Source of the DNA: a virus
Lineage: Duplodnaviria > Caudoviricetes
Length of the DNA stretch: 64,000 bases
Reading direction: 5' to 3' (one strand)
Virus record (IMG/VR): IMGVR_UViG_3300023311_001083
Span: 11,886-75,885 of that record
Shown here: one piece after another, positions 39,121 to 48,356 of the stretch
Layout: every line of letters begins with the position of its first letter
Numbering within the stretch: position 1 is the first letter of the stretch
The notes under the pieces: model-generated
What the model saw: the letters and a program-made list of their open reading frames with translations, nothing else
What the model was told of the DNA's origin: nothing
Database searches by the model: none
Program-made: the position numbers and the translations under genes

Positions 39121-39720
39121 GGGGCTTACGCCGCCCTTCCATTTCATGTTCATTTCAATTTCGCTTCGCTCAATTTCATAAACATTCATGGATATTATTT
39201 TCAATTATAATGGTTAATAATTATGGATCCCATTCACTAGATTGTAAGCCATTATTACCCAGTTGCCCAGGCAAAAAAATAGTATATTCACTGAGTCGGC
39301 TGGTTAGGCATACCATTAGCGTTAACGCATTACAGAGGCGGTCATCCGGTACCTCGAGCGCAGTTATTATTATGACGGTGGCTTGTAAACATACGCTAAC
39401 ATGCTTACAAACGTGTAGGTTCTCCCTACTCTTTTAGCCTCGGTTTTATTATTGTAATAAGTAAATCAAATCGGTTTGGTGCGGGCATATCCGATCAACG
39501 TCCTGTAAAGGATAGTGATTTACATCTCTGCTGCTACGTCAGAAATTCACTTCATTGTGACCCTAGAATGGTCCAACTTTAAGTCCACCAATTACAGTCG
39601 CCGGTGGGAGCTTTATATTAGCAGTTATGTGCCTGAGTTAAGTTATTCATAATGTGCCTGAGTTTGTTATTGAGATAATACTTTCGTATTAACAGAGTGC
39701 CTGAGTTTGTTATTGTAATA
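39121..39720 (-). ncRNA. Candidate large structured ncRNA (family not recognised)
   Basis: No credible ORF, own promoter, GC-rich (32/60 in 39301-39360), many hairpins, GNRA loops and G-U pairs favouring the minus strand. Confidence 0.5.
39629..39715. repeat. Three direct repeats GTGCCTGAGTT(T/A)...
   Basis: Copies at 39629, 39654, 39697; copies 2 and 3 identical over 19 nt. Confidence 0.85.
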
Positions 39721-39726
39721 GTGTGT

Positions 39727-39755
39727 ATTGTATATTAAAATTACTATATTGTCAA
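39727..39755 (-). promoter_or_regulatory. sigma70-type promoter firing into the ncRNA candidate
   Basis: TTGACA-17 nt-TACAAT; cspA terminator hairpin lies just upstream (~39766-39797). Confidence 0.7.
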
Positions 39756-39805
39756 CACTTTTTTTGAAAAAACGCAGTATTTTTAATACTGCGTTTGAAT
39801 GAAAT

Positions 39806-40012
39806 TTATAAAGTCTCTATATTAGATGCTTGTAAACCTTTTTGACCTTGTGTTAAATCATATCTTACTGGTTGGTTTTCCGTTAATGTTCTAAAACCAC
39901 CATTTGATTGAATAGCAGTGAAATGTGCAAATACATCGTCACCACCATTATCTGGAGTAATAAAACCAAAACCTTTTTCATTTGAAAACCACTTAATTTT
40001 TCCTGTTGCCAT
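39806..40012 (-). CDS. cspA: Cold-shock protein
   Basis: [23 protein letters not shown]. Confidence 0.95.
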   Translation of the reverse strand: MATGKIKWFSNEKGFGFITPDNGGDDVFAHFTAIQSNGGFRTLTENQPVRYDLTQGQKGLQASNIETL

Positions 40013-40042
40013 TACTTAATATTTCCTATTGTTAAAAATTAT

Positions 40043-40076
40043 ATTATACTATCTATTGACAACCTTGTCAATAGAT
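40043..40076 (-). promoter_or_regulatory. cspA promoter overlapped by a 10-bp inverted repeat
   Basis: TTGACA-17-TATAAT; ATCTATTGAC-AACCTT-GTCAATAGAT. Confidence 0.7.
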
Positions 40077-40130
40077 TAGCGAAGATATTTATCTATAAAA
40101 ATACTAAATATAATAAAACTAGGAGATATT

Positions 40131-40283
40131 ATGTTTACTACTATGAATTTTATAAAAACAATTGGTTTTATAATAGCAACAATATTATCTGCTGGTTTGT
40201 TTATAACAATATTAATAATGATAATAGTGACAATTTTAATATTAGTCACTGGTATAATATATTTAAAACGAGTAAAATCATGA
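40131..40283 (+). CDS. 50-aa hydrophobic membrane peptide (not in ORF track)
   Basis: TAAATA, AGGAG RBS, ATGA overlap with next gene. Confidence 0.55.
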   Translation: MFTTMNFIKTIGFIIATILSAGLFITILIMIIVTILILVTGIIYLKRVKS

Positions 40284-40531
40284 AATTTTTATATCAAGAT
40301 TCACATACTGGAAAGGCAAGTACTTCAAAAATATGGACGCATATTGCATATGGTGTTGCTACATATGTTGTTATTAAAACAGCAGATAATGAAAGTTGGG
40401 AAACACTGTTAATATATATGGCAGTTGTTGGTGGATCAGAAATTGCTAAAAAGATTTTGACATTAAAATTTACAGGAAGTGATCATTCATCAATGATAGA
40501 TGAATCAACTACTGAAACACATAAAAAATAA
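40280..40531 (+). CDS. Small two-TM protein, holin-like
   Basis: Two hydrophobic helices; late promoter; holin call is inference. Confidence 0.45.
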   Translation: MKFLYQDSHTGKASTSKIWTHIAYGVATYVVIKTADNESWETLLIYMAVVGGSEIAKKILTLKFTGSDHSSMIDESTTETHKK

Positions 40532-40533
40532 CA

Positions 40534-40911
40534 ATGAGAATAAAAGAACTATTAGAAGAAATAACCCCCTCGAATTTATTAGAAATTGAACGTTTTGCAA
40601 ACGGTTTATGGCAAAAATTAGGCATTGATGTTGAATTTTCATCACATTTTTTAACACAAGCTAATCATGAACGTAATGGCGAACCAGTAACTAAAAACGA
40701 ATTAATAAGTATGTTTAAAAAACAATATAAATATAATGGAAAAGACATTTCCAAATTAGGCAATATTGAAGCAGTAATGAAAGATTTATTGACAGATATT
40801 AATTTACCATTTGTTATTAGAGATACTGATCATGGTAAGACATTATTTGCAAAAACAGTGATGAGAAAGAAAGATTTCTTCTCACCTGACGAAATGTTTA
40901 AAGTTAATTAA
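40534..40911 (+). CDS. Hypothetical with capsid-targeting-like N-terminus
   Basis: MRIKELLEE. Confidence 0.55.
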   Translation: MRIKELLEEITPSNLLEIERFANGLWQKLGIDVEFSSHFLTQANHERNGEPVTKNELISMFKKQYKYNGKDISKLGNIEAVMKDLLTDINLPFVIRDTDHGKTLFAKTVMRKKDFFSPDEMFKVN

Positions 40912-40959
40912 TTGCCTTAAGGCTGTACGAAGAACAAAGAAATGGGAGCGGATCATTAA

Positions 40960-41253
40960 ATGAGAGCACGCGAATTTATCAATGAAGATTGGCAAAAAGT
41001 AAACAAAAAAGATAAAACTGATGGGATGAGTAAGAAAGCTGTAAATACTTACCGTAAAGAACATCCTGGAAGTAAGCTAAAAACTGCTGTTACAAAAAAA
41101 CCGAGTGAATTAAAAAAAGGTAGTAAAGACGCTAATAGACGCAAAAGTTTCTGTGCAAGATCAAATGGCCAGAAGAAAATGCATAATATTGACTGTTCAA
41201 AAACACCAGATAAACCAATCTGTAAAGCACGTAGCCGATGGAACTGTGAATGA
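40960..41253 (+). CDS. Basic Cys-containing phage protein with capsid-targeting-like N-terminus
   Basis: MRAREFINE; RRKSFCARS...WNC. Confidence 0.6.
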   Translation: MRAREFINEDWQKVNKKDKTDGMSKKAVNTYRKEHPGSKLKTAVTKKPSELKKGSKDANRRKSFCARSNGQKKMHNIDCSKTPDKPICKARSRWNCE

Positions 41254-41720
41254 AAGTTAAAGAAATTTTAGAAGTAACTATGAATAGTAAAACAGGCGCT
41301 GGTGCTGTAAGCAATAATGATGAAGTAGATTACTTTGGTATTCGTGTAAAAATGAAACCATCAACATTTTTAAAGTTAGCAGAAGAAATGCCAATAGATT
41401 CAGAAGTAAAACAACGAATTTTAAAATTAGCACAGTATATAAAAGATGGCGGGGAAATTGGTCAACCATTTTTTGGTATACATATTCCAGAAAAATGGAA
41501 TTCTGGAGACTTTACAGAATCTGCTGAAATTACAAATCATGAAGGACGCCATCGCATGGAAGCAATTATATTAGCGGAAGGTGATAACCCAGTTGAAGTG
41601 CATTTATTTCCTCAATATTATAGAAATAGACATATAACATCTGAATGGATTAAACGACTTAATAAAAGTATTATTAGCGAGACTGGCCAATTGATTTCTG
41701 GCCCATTGTTTACAATTTAA
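41250..41720 (+). CDS. ParB/Srx-like domain protein with capsid-targeting-like N-terminus
   Basis: MKVKEILE; ITNHEGRHRMEA. Confidence 0.55.
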   Translation: MKVKEILEVTMNSKTGAGAVSNNDEVDYFGIRVKMKPSTFLKLAEEMPIDSEVKQRILKLAQYIKDGGEIGQPFFGIHIPEKWNSGDFTESAEITNHEGRHRMEAIILAEGDNPVEVHLFPQYYRNRHITSEWIKRLNKSIISETGQLISGPLFTI

Positions 41721-41722
41721 GA

Positions 41723-41812
41723 ATTGCCCTTAGGACCGCAATACGTTGCGAGGCAATAGGTGACTACCACCTTTAGAACGTTGATTCGCTACCAACGTTC
41801 TATAAAGGGTAG
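41723..41812. other. Structured intergenic element / possible bidirectional terminator
   Basis: ATTGCC/GGCAAT stem with inner GCAA-TACG-TTGC; long CCTTTAGAACGTTG/CAACGTTC-TA-TAAAGG stem. Confidence 0.5.
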
Positions 41813-41818
41813 TATTAA

Positions 41819-42049
41819 TTATGCGTAAGAATCTGTATCAGATGGTCTAATGTAATCTGGAACTGTACCAGGTTGACTCATTTGTTTTGAATGAACTAGT
41901 TCATCATCTACATTATAAATTTTTACAGTATGTGAAAATTCTTTTTCTGCAAATTTTAATGCTTCTTCAAATGATTCAAAAAAATTATCGTATGTTGTTA
42001 ATTTACCGTCATTCCAAAAATGTCTCTTTACTTTATGTTTATTACTCAT
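41819..42049 (-). CDS. Hypothetical protein
   Basis: GGAG RBS; 76 aa. Confidence 0.55.
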   Translation of the reverse strand: MSNKHKVKRHFWNDGKLTTYDNFFESFEEALKFAEKEFSHTVKIYNVDDELVHSKQMSQPGTVPDYIRPSDTDSYA

Positions 42050-43111
42050 TTAAATCTCCTTTTTAAAATAATTATTCCATATTTCTGATGTTTTATTAGT
42101 ATACTTTGAAAGTGACTCTTGGTGCTCTAAAACATTCAAATCATACTCATTATAAGTAATATGTAATTTTTTAACTATGTCTGTGCTGTCAACAGGGTTA
42201 GCACAATACTTTTCTATGGACCAAGGAACCTCTGAAAATGTAGTTACTAATGGTATTCCTTGACTCAGTAAGTCCGCTGACACAATATTAAATGTTTCAG
42301 AGAAACTTACTTGTAATCCAATATCCATTCCACTGCATAAATCTAAAAATTCTTCTCGTGGTCTCCATTGATGGCCAATTAATTGATGATTTGAATCAGA
42401 AATCTGTTCAAATAATCTATATAAATTATTCATTACTGCATCACCTTTCATTTCAACACGGCCAGCATTAATGTGGAATCTTAACTTTTTACCAATTTGA
42501 TTGGCAAAATCAATAGCTGCAAATGCTTGTAATATATGATTTTTCAAAGGTCTAATGGCACCGAAACATGAAATATCAATATATTCTTTATTCTTATCTA
42601 GTACTTTAGTTTTATAATCTTGTGGATAATAATTCGGTAGATATAAAAGTTTTTTAGAAACTTGTTCATTTGACCAATTATTACGCGTTTTTAAAAATAC
42701 TGAAATTTCATGAAGCATTCTAGGTGCATTTATCCCTATAATAATATTTTTAAAATTAGAATAGTCACCGATCCAATCTAATGCAGAACCTTCACCAGCT
42801 AAAAATGGCATTTCAGAATGAAGTCTTATAATCCAAATTACATTTGGATGTAATTTTTGTAAAATGACAAATTTTTGTGGCACAACCCATAATGCTTCAA
42901 TTATAACATGTGTTGGATTATAATCAGATACTAATTTATCAATGCAATTGTTATCTATTGCAACTTTTAAATCACTTTCAATACCTAGATTATTTAACAT
43001 GTGATTCATAAAACTTGCTGAGTTAAATAAACCTGTACTAAGACCTAATTTATTATGGACAGAAGCATTAAAATCTTCTCGTCTTTTTAAAATAAATAGT
43101 ATTTTTGACAT
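42050..43111 (-). CDS. Glycosyltransferase-like protein
   Basis: CFGAIRPLKN and SFSETFNIVSAD...GIPLV GT-B motifs; start moved to MSKILF. Confidence 0.65.
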   Translation of the reverse strand: MSKILFILKRREDFNASVHNKLGLSTGLFNSASFMNHMLNNLGIESDLKVAIDNNCIDKLVSDYNPTHVIIEALWVVPQKFVILQKLHPNVIWIIRLHSEMPFLAGEGSALDWIGDYSNFKNIIIGINAPRMLHEISVFLKTRNNWSNEQVSKKLLYLPNYYPQDYKTKVLDKNKEYIDISCFGAIRPLKNHILQAFAAIDFANQIGKKLRFHINAGRVEMKGDAVMNNLYRLFEQISDSNHQLIGHQWRPREEFLDLCSGMDIGLQVSFSETFNIVSADLLSQGIPLVTTFSEVPWSIEKYCANPVDSTDIVKKLHITYNEYDLNVLEHQESLSKYTNKTSEIWNNYFKKEI

Positions 43112-43131
43112 ACTGTCCTTTTTATTTAAAG

Positions 43132-43803
43132 TTAAAATGGGAATAAACATGAATTGATGTACGCATGTGCATCATCTTCAGATAACCCAAGCGTTGATAA
43201 AATTCTAGGATTATGTGGATTTAAACGTTGATTTTCTATATAACATTTATGTTTAATAGAGATATCATCTATTGTATTGTTTGTGTCTTTTAATGAAGAA
43301 AGATATATATGAAGTGTATTAGAAATTGTCTTTGAAATTTGTGCTAACTCATCATTTGTTTGAATGTTACCAGCTGCTATAATATCATTTGAAAATATAC
43401 GTTTTGCCCATTCAGGCAACTCGCGCTTTTTATTCCAACTTAATTTAGAAGATTCATCAGAGAACCAGGCTGATAACGAATGATTATCTATTACTGGACT
43501 AAAATCATGAAAACATCCAGTAATTTTATTTTTACCTGCAAATACGTCAAAACCAAATATAGGGGCAGTATTGTGGTAATGTGGATAAATGCAGCAATGC
43601 ATCATCCACAAACCTTTTGAGTCCATAGCATCAATAATATTGATATGTGCTTTTCTATATAACTCAGATTCCCAGGTTGTATTATACCAACCTGGTTTAT
43701 TAAATTGGTCAGCTTCTGGTATATAAATTTCCTCACCAGTCTGCTTAAAGTTATAGTTAAATAGCTTACTTATATCAATAAGAGACAATTGGATGTTATT
43801 CAT
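43132..43803 (-). CDS. Ferredoxin-dependent bilin reductase (PcyA/PcyX family)
   Basis: YRKAH, MMHCCIYP, PIFGFDV, FHDFSP, WAKRIFS; near heme oxygenase. Confidence 0.8.
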   Translation of the reverse strand: MNNIQLSLIDISKLFNYNFKQTGEEIYIPEADQFNKPGWYNTTWESELYRKAHINIIDAMDSKGLWMMHCCIYPHYHNTAPIFGFDVFAGKNKITGCFHDFSPVIDNHSLSAWFSDESSKLSWNKKRELPEWAKRIFSNDIIAAGNIQTNDELAQISKTISNTLHIYLSSLKDTNNTIDDISIKHKCYIENQRLNPHNPRILSTLGLSEDDAHAYINSCLFPF

Positions 43804-44110
43804 CTACTGGTAACCATGCCCACGATTTTATTAATCTATTGATATTAGGTCTTCGTCTGAATAACCATATTCTACGATGTGGACCTGTATTTACAGTAAA
43901 ATCATGTGGATCCATCTGTGTAACAACTTTAGAAAATGGTAATTCTATTCTAATATACCAGCCATCATCTTGAATGCCAATTACTTCTGATGAATACACA
44001 TGTTTACACTGAAGTTTGTATTCATGTCTTAAATTTTTACCAAATGCTAAAAAAACATTTGAAACATAAGGTTCGCCTGCAGTATGTGTTTTTATCTTAA
44101 TAAGTTTCAT
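43796..44110 (-). CDS. Hypothetical protein
   Basis: 104 aa, overlaps both neighbours. Confidence 0.5.
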   Translation of the reverse strand: MKLIKIKTHTAGEPYVSNVFLAFGKNLRHEYKLQCKHVYSSEVIGIQDDGWYIRIELPFSKVVTQMDPHDFTVNTGPHRRIWLFRRRPNINRLIKSWAWLPVDE

Positions 44111-44639
44111 CCAAACCTCTCATAATTTTTATAGCCCATTCAAATGCTACTCTAGCTTCATCGCCTAAATCATCAGTTAATTCTGCTCTAATTGCATTTC
44201 TAAGTCCTTCGACATCATCGAATTGATAAAATTTACCAGATCCAGGGACTGTTTTAGCAATATATTGACCACCGTAGAGATCTCCCATGTGCCTAACATA
44301 TAGGTGTGCTTTTACTAAGTGTTTACGTTCTGGATCATTGATTAAATCTAAAACATAACGGTTATAATCTAATGTTTCTGGTAACCACGCATAATGGGTA
44401 TCTTTATCAGCTAATTCAGCAAAATCTTGATAAATGCCCGGCATTCTTTCAACACCAGGTAAATTATCAAAGAAACCTTGAATCCTACATCCAAATTCAA
44501 CTGGACCATAACATGCAATCATTTGATATAAGTAACTTGTATATAGTTCTTTAGATATTTTACTAGTTAGTAAAAGTTTAGCAAAGTTAGTTTTCTCTGC
44601 TTCTGTGTGTAAATCTTTAGTAATTTCTTTTAAACTCAT
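44097..44639 (-). CDS. Heme oxygenase
   Basis: LKEITKDLHTEAE (proximal His), AHLYVRHMGDLYGGQ. Confidence 0.9.
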   Translation of the reverse strand: MSLKEITKDLHTEAEKTNFAKLLLTSKISKELYTSYLYQMIACYGPVEFGCRIQGFFDNLPGVERMPGIYQDFAELADKDTHYAWLPETLDYNRYVLDLINDPERKHLVKAHLYVRHMGDLYGGQYIAKTVPGSGKFYQFDDVEGLRNAIRAELTDDLGDEARVAFEWAIKIMRGLDETY

Positions 44640-44944
44640 TTTAAGTCCTCTTCAAGTTTAATTTGTAATGGAAAGTTGTTTTTTCTAGCATAACTTGTTG
44701 CTTCTACTGCCTTAGCTTCAGCAATTTCAAATGTATACGTACCAGCTAACCCTGAACCAGTATTATGAACAAGCATAGTTATATCAATTGCAGATTCCAT
44801 ACTATGTTTAAATATGTCAACCAATATATCCTCAACAAAGTCAACTGGAGTAACATCATCATTTAATAATACAACTTTCCACAAGGATGGTTCAGCAATT
44901 TTAGTTTTAATTTTTTCTTTTAATTCAATTTCTGAATTTGACAT
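44636..44944 (-). CDS. clpS: Clp protease adaptor ClpS
   Basis: WKVVLLNDDVTPVDFV, MLVHNTG, FPLQIKLE. Confidence 0.9.
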   Translation of the reverse strand: MSNSEIELKEKIKTKIAEPSLWKVVLLNDDVTPVDFVEDILVDIFKHSMESAIDITMLVHNTGSGLAGTYTFEIAEAKAVEATSYARKNNFPLQIKLEEDLK

Positions 44945-44955
44945 GATATAATTCT

Positions 44956-45414
44956 CTATTTAGGTAATGATGTTTGTGTATCACTTAATGTAGTAATATT
45001 TATTTTTTTAGAATTTGATTCATCTGGAATAAGTTTTTCTAATCTAACAACTAGTATTCCGTCTTTAATAGTTGCGCTTCTAACATCTACATTTGCTGCA
45101 AGTGTAAAAGTTCTATTAAACGTTCTAGTTGATATACCTTTATGTAAATATAAAATCGGTAAATCTTCTTTTGATTGTTCTCCATCGATAATTAATTTAC
45201 CATCTTTGAACTCAATCCCTATATTATCTGCATTAAAACCAGCAACTGCTAATTCCACTGCATAATGCATCTCATCCAACTTTACTATATTATATGGAGG
45301 GTATGCACTTTCTGCTCTTGTTGTATTAAAATATAATTCGTTAAAAATTTGATCAAACCCAATTGAATATCGATGCAAGGTGGGTATGCTAAAACTAGTT
45401 GTGATATTAGACAT
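44956..45414 (-). CDS. ibpA: Small heat-shock protein (Hsp20/IbpA)
   Basis: YPPYNIV, ELAVAGF, YLHKGISTRTF, DGILVV. Confidence 0.9.
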   Translation of the reverse strand: MSNITTSFSIPTLHRYSIGFDQIFNELYFNTTRAESAYPPYNIVKLDEMHYAVELAVAGFNADNIGIEFKDGKLIIDGEQSKEDLPILYLHKGISTRTFNRTFTLAANVDVRSATIKDGILVVRLEKLIPDESNSKKINITTLSDTQTSLPK

Positions 45415-45471
45415 TTAAAAATCCTCATGAAAATGCGCGGGTGGAAAACTAACCACCCGCATTGCAGTTAA

Positions 45472-47364
45472 TTATTCAACTTCAGTAAATTCAGCATCAA
45501 TAGTTTCACCTTTTTGTGCAGTTTCAGTTGCTTTTGCCTGCTCTGCTTCTTGTTTTTTAGTGAAAATTGGACTTGCTGCTTCAAAAAGTTTTTGAACTGC
45601 ATCTGTGATTTTTTCTACATCATCACTGCTAATTGTTTCATCTATAACTGAAATTGCTGTTTCAAATGCCGTTACTTCTTCAGAAGATAACTTATCTTTA
45701 TATTCTTCAAAGTCTTTTTGAAGAGTATGACGTTGTGATTCAGCTGTGTTTTTAGCTTCGATTAATGCTCTAGCTGCTTTATCAGATTCAGCATTTTCTT
45801 CAGCTTCTTTAATCATACGTTGAATTTCTTCATCTGTCAAACCGCTATCTGCTTTAATGGTGATATTATTTTCTTTGCCAGTATTTTTATCTTTGGCACT
45901 AACATTTAAAATACCGTTGGCGTCAACATCTAATGTGACTTCAATTTGTGGTACACCACGTGCAGCTGGTGCAATACCTTCTAAATTAAATTCACCAAGT
46001 AATTTATTATATTTAAATAAATCACGCTCACCTTGTGCCACTTTAATAGTTACAGCTGGTTGATTATCTTCTGCAGTAGAAAATGTTTGGCTATGTTTAG
46101 TTGGGATAGTTGTATTTTTACTAATTAAATTAGTAAACACACCACCCATTGTTTCAATACCTAAACTTAATGGAATAACATCTAATAACAATACATCATT
46201 TTTTTCACCAGATAAAACTGCGCCTTGAATTGCAGCACCAGCAGCAACTGCTTCGTCTGGATTTACATCTTTTCGTGGTGCTTGTTTAAAGAACTCTTCC
46301 ACTACTTCTTGAATTTTAGGGATACGTGTTGAACCACCAACAAAAATAACGTCATCAATATCAGTAATTTTTAATTTAGCATCTTTCAACGCTACTTTAC
46401 ATGGTTCAATAATTCTTGATAATAAACCATCAATTAAAGATTCAAATTTACTACGAGAAATAGTTACATTTAGATGTTTAGGACCAGACGCATCTGCAGT
46501 AATATATGGTAAATTAATTACAGTTTGTGTAGCACTTGAAAGTTCAATTTTTGCTTTTTCAGCTGCATCCTTAATACGTTGAAGTGCCATAACATCTTTA
46601 GTTAAATCAACACCAGTTTCTTTGATAAATTCTTGATTTGCGTATTCAATAATGGCATGATCGAAATCAGCACCACCTAATAATGAATCACCTGATGTAG
46701 ATAACACCTCAAATTGATGTTCACCTTCAACATTTGCAATTTCAATAACTGAAACATCATGTGTACCACCGCCACAGTCTACAATTACAACTTTTCGGTC
46801 TGATTTAGATTGTTTATCTAAACCAAATGCCAAAGAACTTGCTGTTGGTTCATTGATAATTCTATCAACAGTTAATCCAGCAATTTTACCAGCATCTTTA
46901 GTTGCTTGTCTTTGTGAATCATTAAAATAAGCAGGTACTGTGATTACAGCATTGGTAACTTCATACCCTAAATAATCCTCTGCAGTTTTTTTCATTTTTC
47001 TTAGAATTTCAGCAGAAACTTGTTGTGGTGATAATTGTTTACCATCAATTTCTACCCATGCATCACCATTTTCAGCTTCGATTATTTTATATGGAAGAGT
47101 TTTAATGCTTTTTTGTACATCAGCATCTTTAAATTTACGACCAATTAATCGTTTTACTTCAAAGACTGTGTGTTCGGGATTTGTTACTGCTTGACGTTTA
47201 GCGGCAGAACCAACTAAAATCTCGTTACCAGTGTATGTAACCATACTAGGAGTTGTGCGTGCACCTTCAGAATTTTCAATTACTTTATAAGTGCCGTTTT
47301 CATATACCGCAACACAAGAGTTTACGGTGCCCAAGTCTATACCAATAGTAGTTTTTTTACTCAT
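45472..47364 (-). CDS. dnaK: Hsp70 chaperone DnaK
   Basis: [53 protein letters not shown]. Confidence 0.97.
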   Translation of the reverse strand: MSKKTTIGIDLGTVNSCVAVYENGTYKVIENSEGARTTPSMVTYTGNEILVGSAAKRQAVTNPEHTVFEVKRLIGRKFKDADVQKSIKTLPYKIIEAENGDAWVEIDGKQLSPQQVSAEILRKMKKTAEDYLGYEVTNAVITVPAYFNDSQRQATKDAGKIAGLTVDRIINEPTASSLAFGLDKQSKSDRKVVIVDCGGGTHDVSVIEIANVEGEHQFEVLSTSGDSLLGGADFDHAIIEYANQEFIKETGVDLTKDVMALQRIKDAAEKAKIELSSATQTVINLPYITADASGPKHLNVTISRSKFESLIDGLLSRIIEPCKVALKDAKLKITDIDDVIFVGGSTRIPKIQEVVEEFFKQAPRKDVNPDEAVAAGAAIQGAVLSGEKNDVLLLDVIPLSLGIETMGGVFTNLISKNTTIPTKHSQTFSTAEDNQPAVTIKVAQGERDLFKYNKLLGEFNLEGIAPAARGVPQIEVTLDVDANGILNVSAKDKNTGKENNITIKADSGLTDEEIQRMIKEAEENAESDKAARALIEAKNTAESQRHTLQKDFEEYKDKLSSEEVTAFETAISVIDETISSDDVEKITDAVQKLFEAASPIFTKKQEAEQAKATETAQKGETIDAEFTEVE

Positions 47365-47442
47365 TTTATTTTCTCCTTTTAATTAAGCAAGTATTGTGGA
47401 CAACATGTCCTTATATCAAACCCGTTCGGCATTTAATATATT

Positions 47443-47721
47443 TTATTTATCATTTTTATTAAAAACAGTGGACCATTTTTGCAATTTTACTATTTTAGCA
47501 GCAGCAGCTTCATTAACTTTATTTTTGTCAATGACGTTGTTTTCTTCTAGTAATAGTATAAGTGCTTTAAGGTCACCAATTTCTTCTTCAAGATGTTCCC
47601 TATTAGTTTCACCTTGCCAAGAAGTATCAATGCCAAATCTGAATATTTTACTGATGGCTTGAATTATTTCAGAGCATTCCTCAATTGTAATACTCAAAAT
47701 CTCGTGGATCTGTCTATCCAT
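47443..47721 (-). CDS. MazG-like pyrophosphohydrolase
   Basis: EECSEIIQAISK...EEEIGDL. Confidence 0.7.
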   Translation of the reverse strand: MDRQIHEILSITIEECSEIIQAISKIFRFGIDTSWQGETNREHLEEEIGDLKALILLLEENNVIDKNKVNEAAAAKIVKLQKWSTVFNKNDK

Positions 47722-47729
47722 GTTTATTC

Positions 47730-48305
47730 CTATCGTTTTGAAAAAGGTGTTATTCTATCACCGTTATCTGTGATTGAATATCTAAGTGTATTGCATACTT
47801 GTTGAACACCTATTGCTTGTGCAATAGCATCTTCTAATGCATCATGCGCTGTAACTTTTGGAAGATTAGGAGATATACCAAGATCATAAATTGTTCGACA
47901 ATCTCTAACTTGCCAGTACTTCCATGGTGGAAGTTTATTTAATCTCTTAAAAACAGTTTCACATATTACTATATCGAACCCAGAACCGTTAGACCAAACT
48001 TGTTTAGCACCCCAGCAGAATTTATATAGTTGATCAAATGCATCAGCAATATCGATGCGATTTTCTTCACTAAATGCTTCGTCTTGTGCTTCTTGAGATT
48101 GTTTAGCCCACCATTCAAGGGTACTATCGCTTATAGATAAATTTAAATCATTTTCTAGCGATATTCTAGCATAAAATTTATCCATTTGTGGATTTGTTAA
48201 TTCATCTTCAAATGGGTCAAATTTTACTGCACCTATTGATAAAATAGCCGCATCTGTATCTGTGGATAAAGTTTCGAGATCGATCATTATCGCTGTTTTT
48301 GCCAT
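47730..48305 (-). CDS. DEDD 3'-5' exonuclease (Rv2179c-like)
   Basis: MIDLETL, WSNGSGFD, HDALEDA; TTGACA-17-TATACT promoter upstream. Confidence 0.8.
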   Translation of the reverse strand: MAKTAIMIDLETLSTDTDAAILSIGAVKFDPFEDELTNPQMDKFYARISLENDLNLSISDSTLEWWAKQSQEAQDEAFSEENRIDIADAFDQLYKFCWGAKQVWSNGSGFDIVICETVFKRLNKLPPWKYWQVRDCRTIYDLGISPNLPKVTAHDALEDAIAQAIGVQQVCNTLRYSITDNGDRITPFSKR

Positions 48306-48356
48306 AGTTGTATACTCTAATTAAAAATTAAAGTATACAACTATATGAAGCAAATG

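Noticed and set aside
39629-39715. Mini CRISPR array
   Set aside because: Only 11-19 nt are conserved, spacing is unequal (25 and 43 nt), and no cas operon is present; the Cas4-like exonuclease is an ordinary phage gene 17 kb away.
39121-39720. tmRNA, RNase P or tRNA identity for the structured region
   Set aside because: No acceptor-stem/T-arm with a CCA end, no tag ORF and no RNase P P4 consensus recognised.
43132-44639. Cyanophage assignment from bilin genes
   Set aside because: No photosystem, hli, cpeT or petF genes in the window; ClpA, PpiC and Lpp-like genes look proteobacterial.
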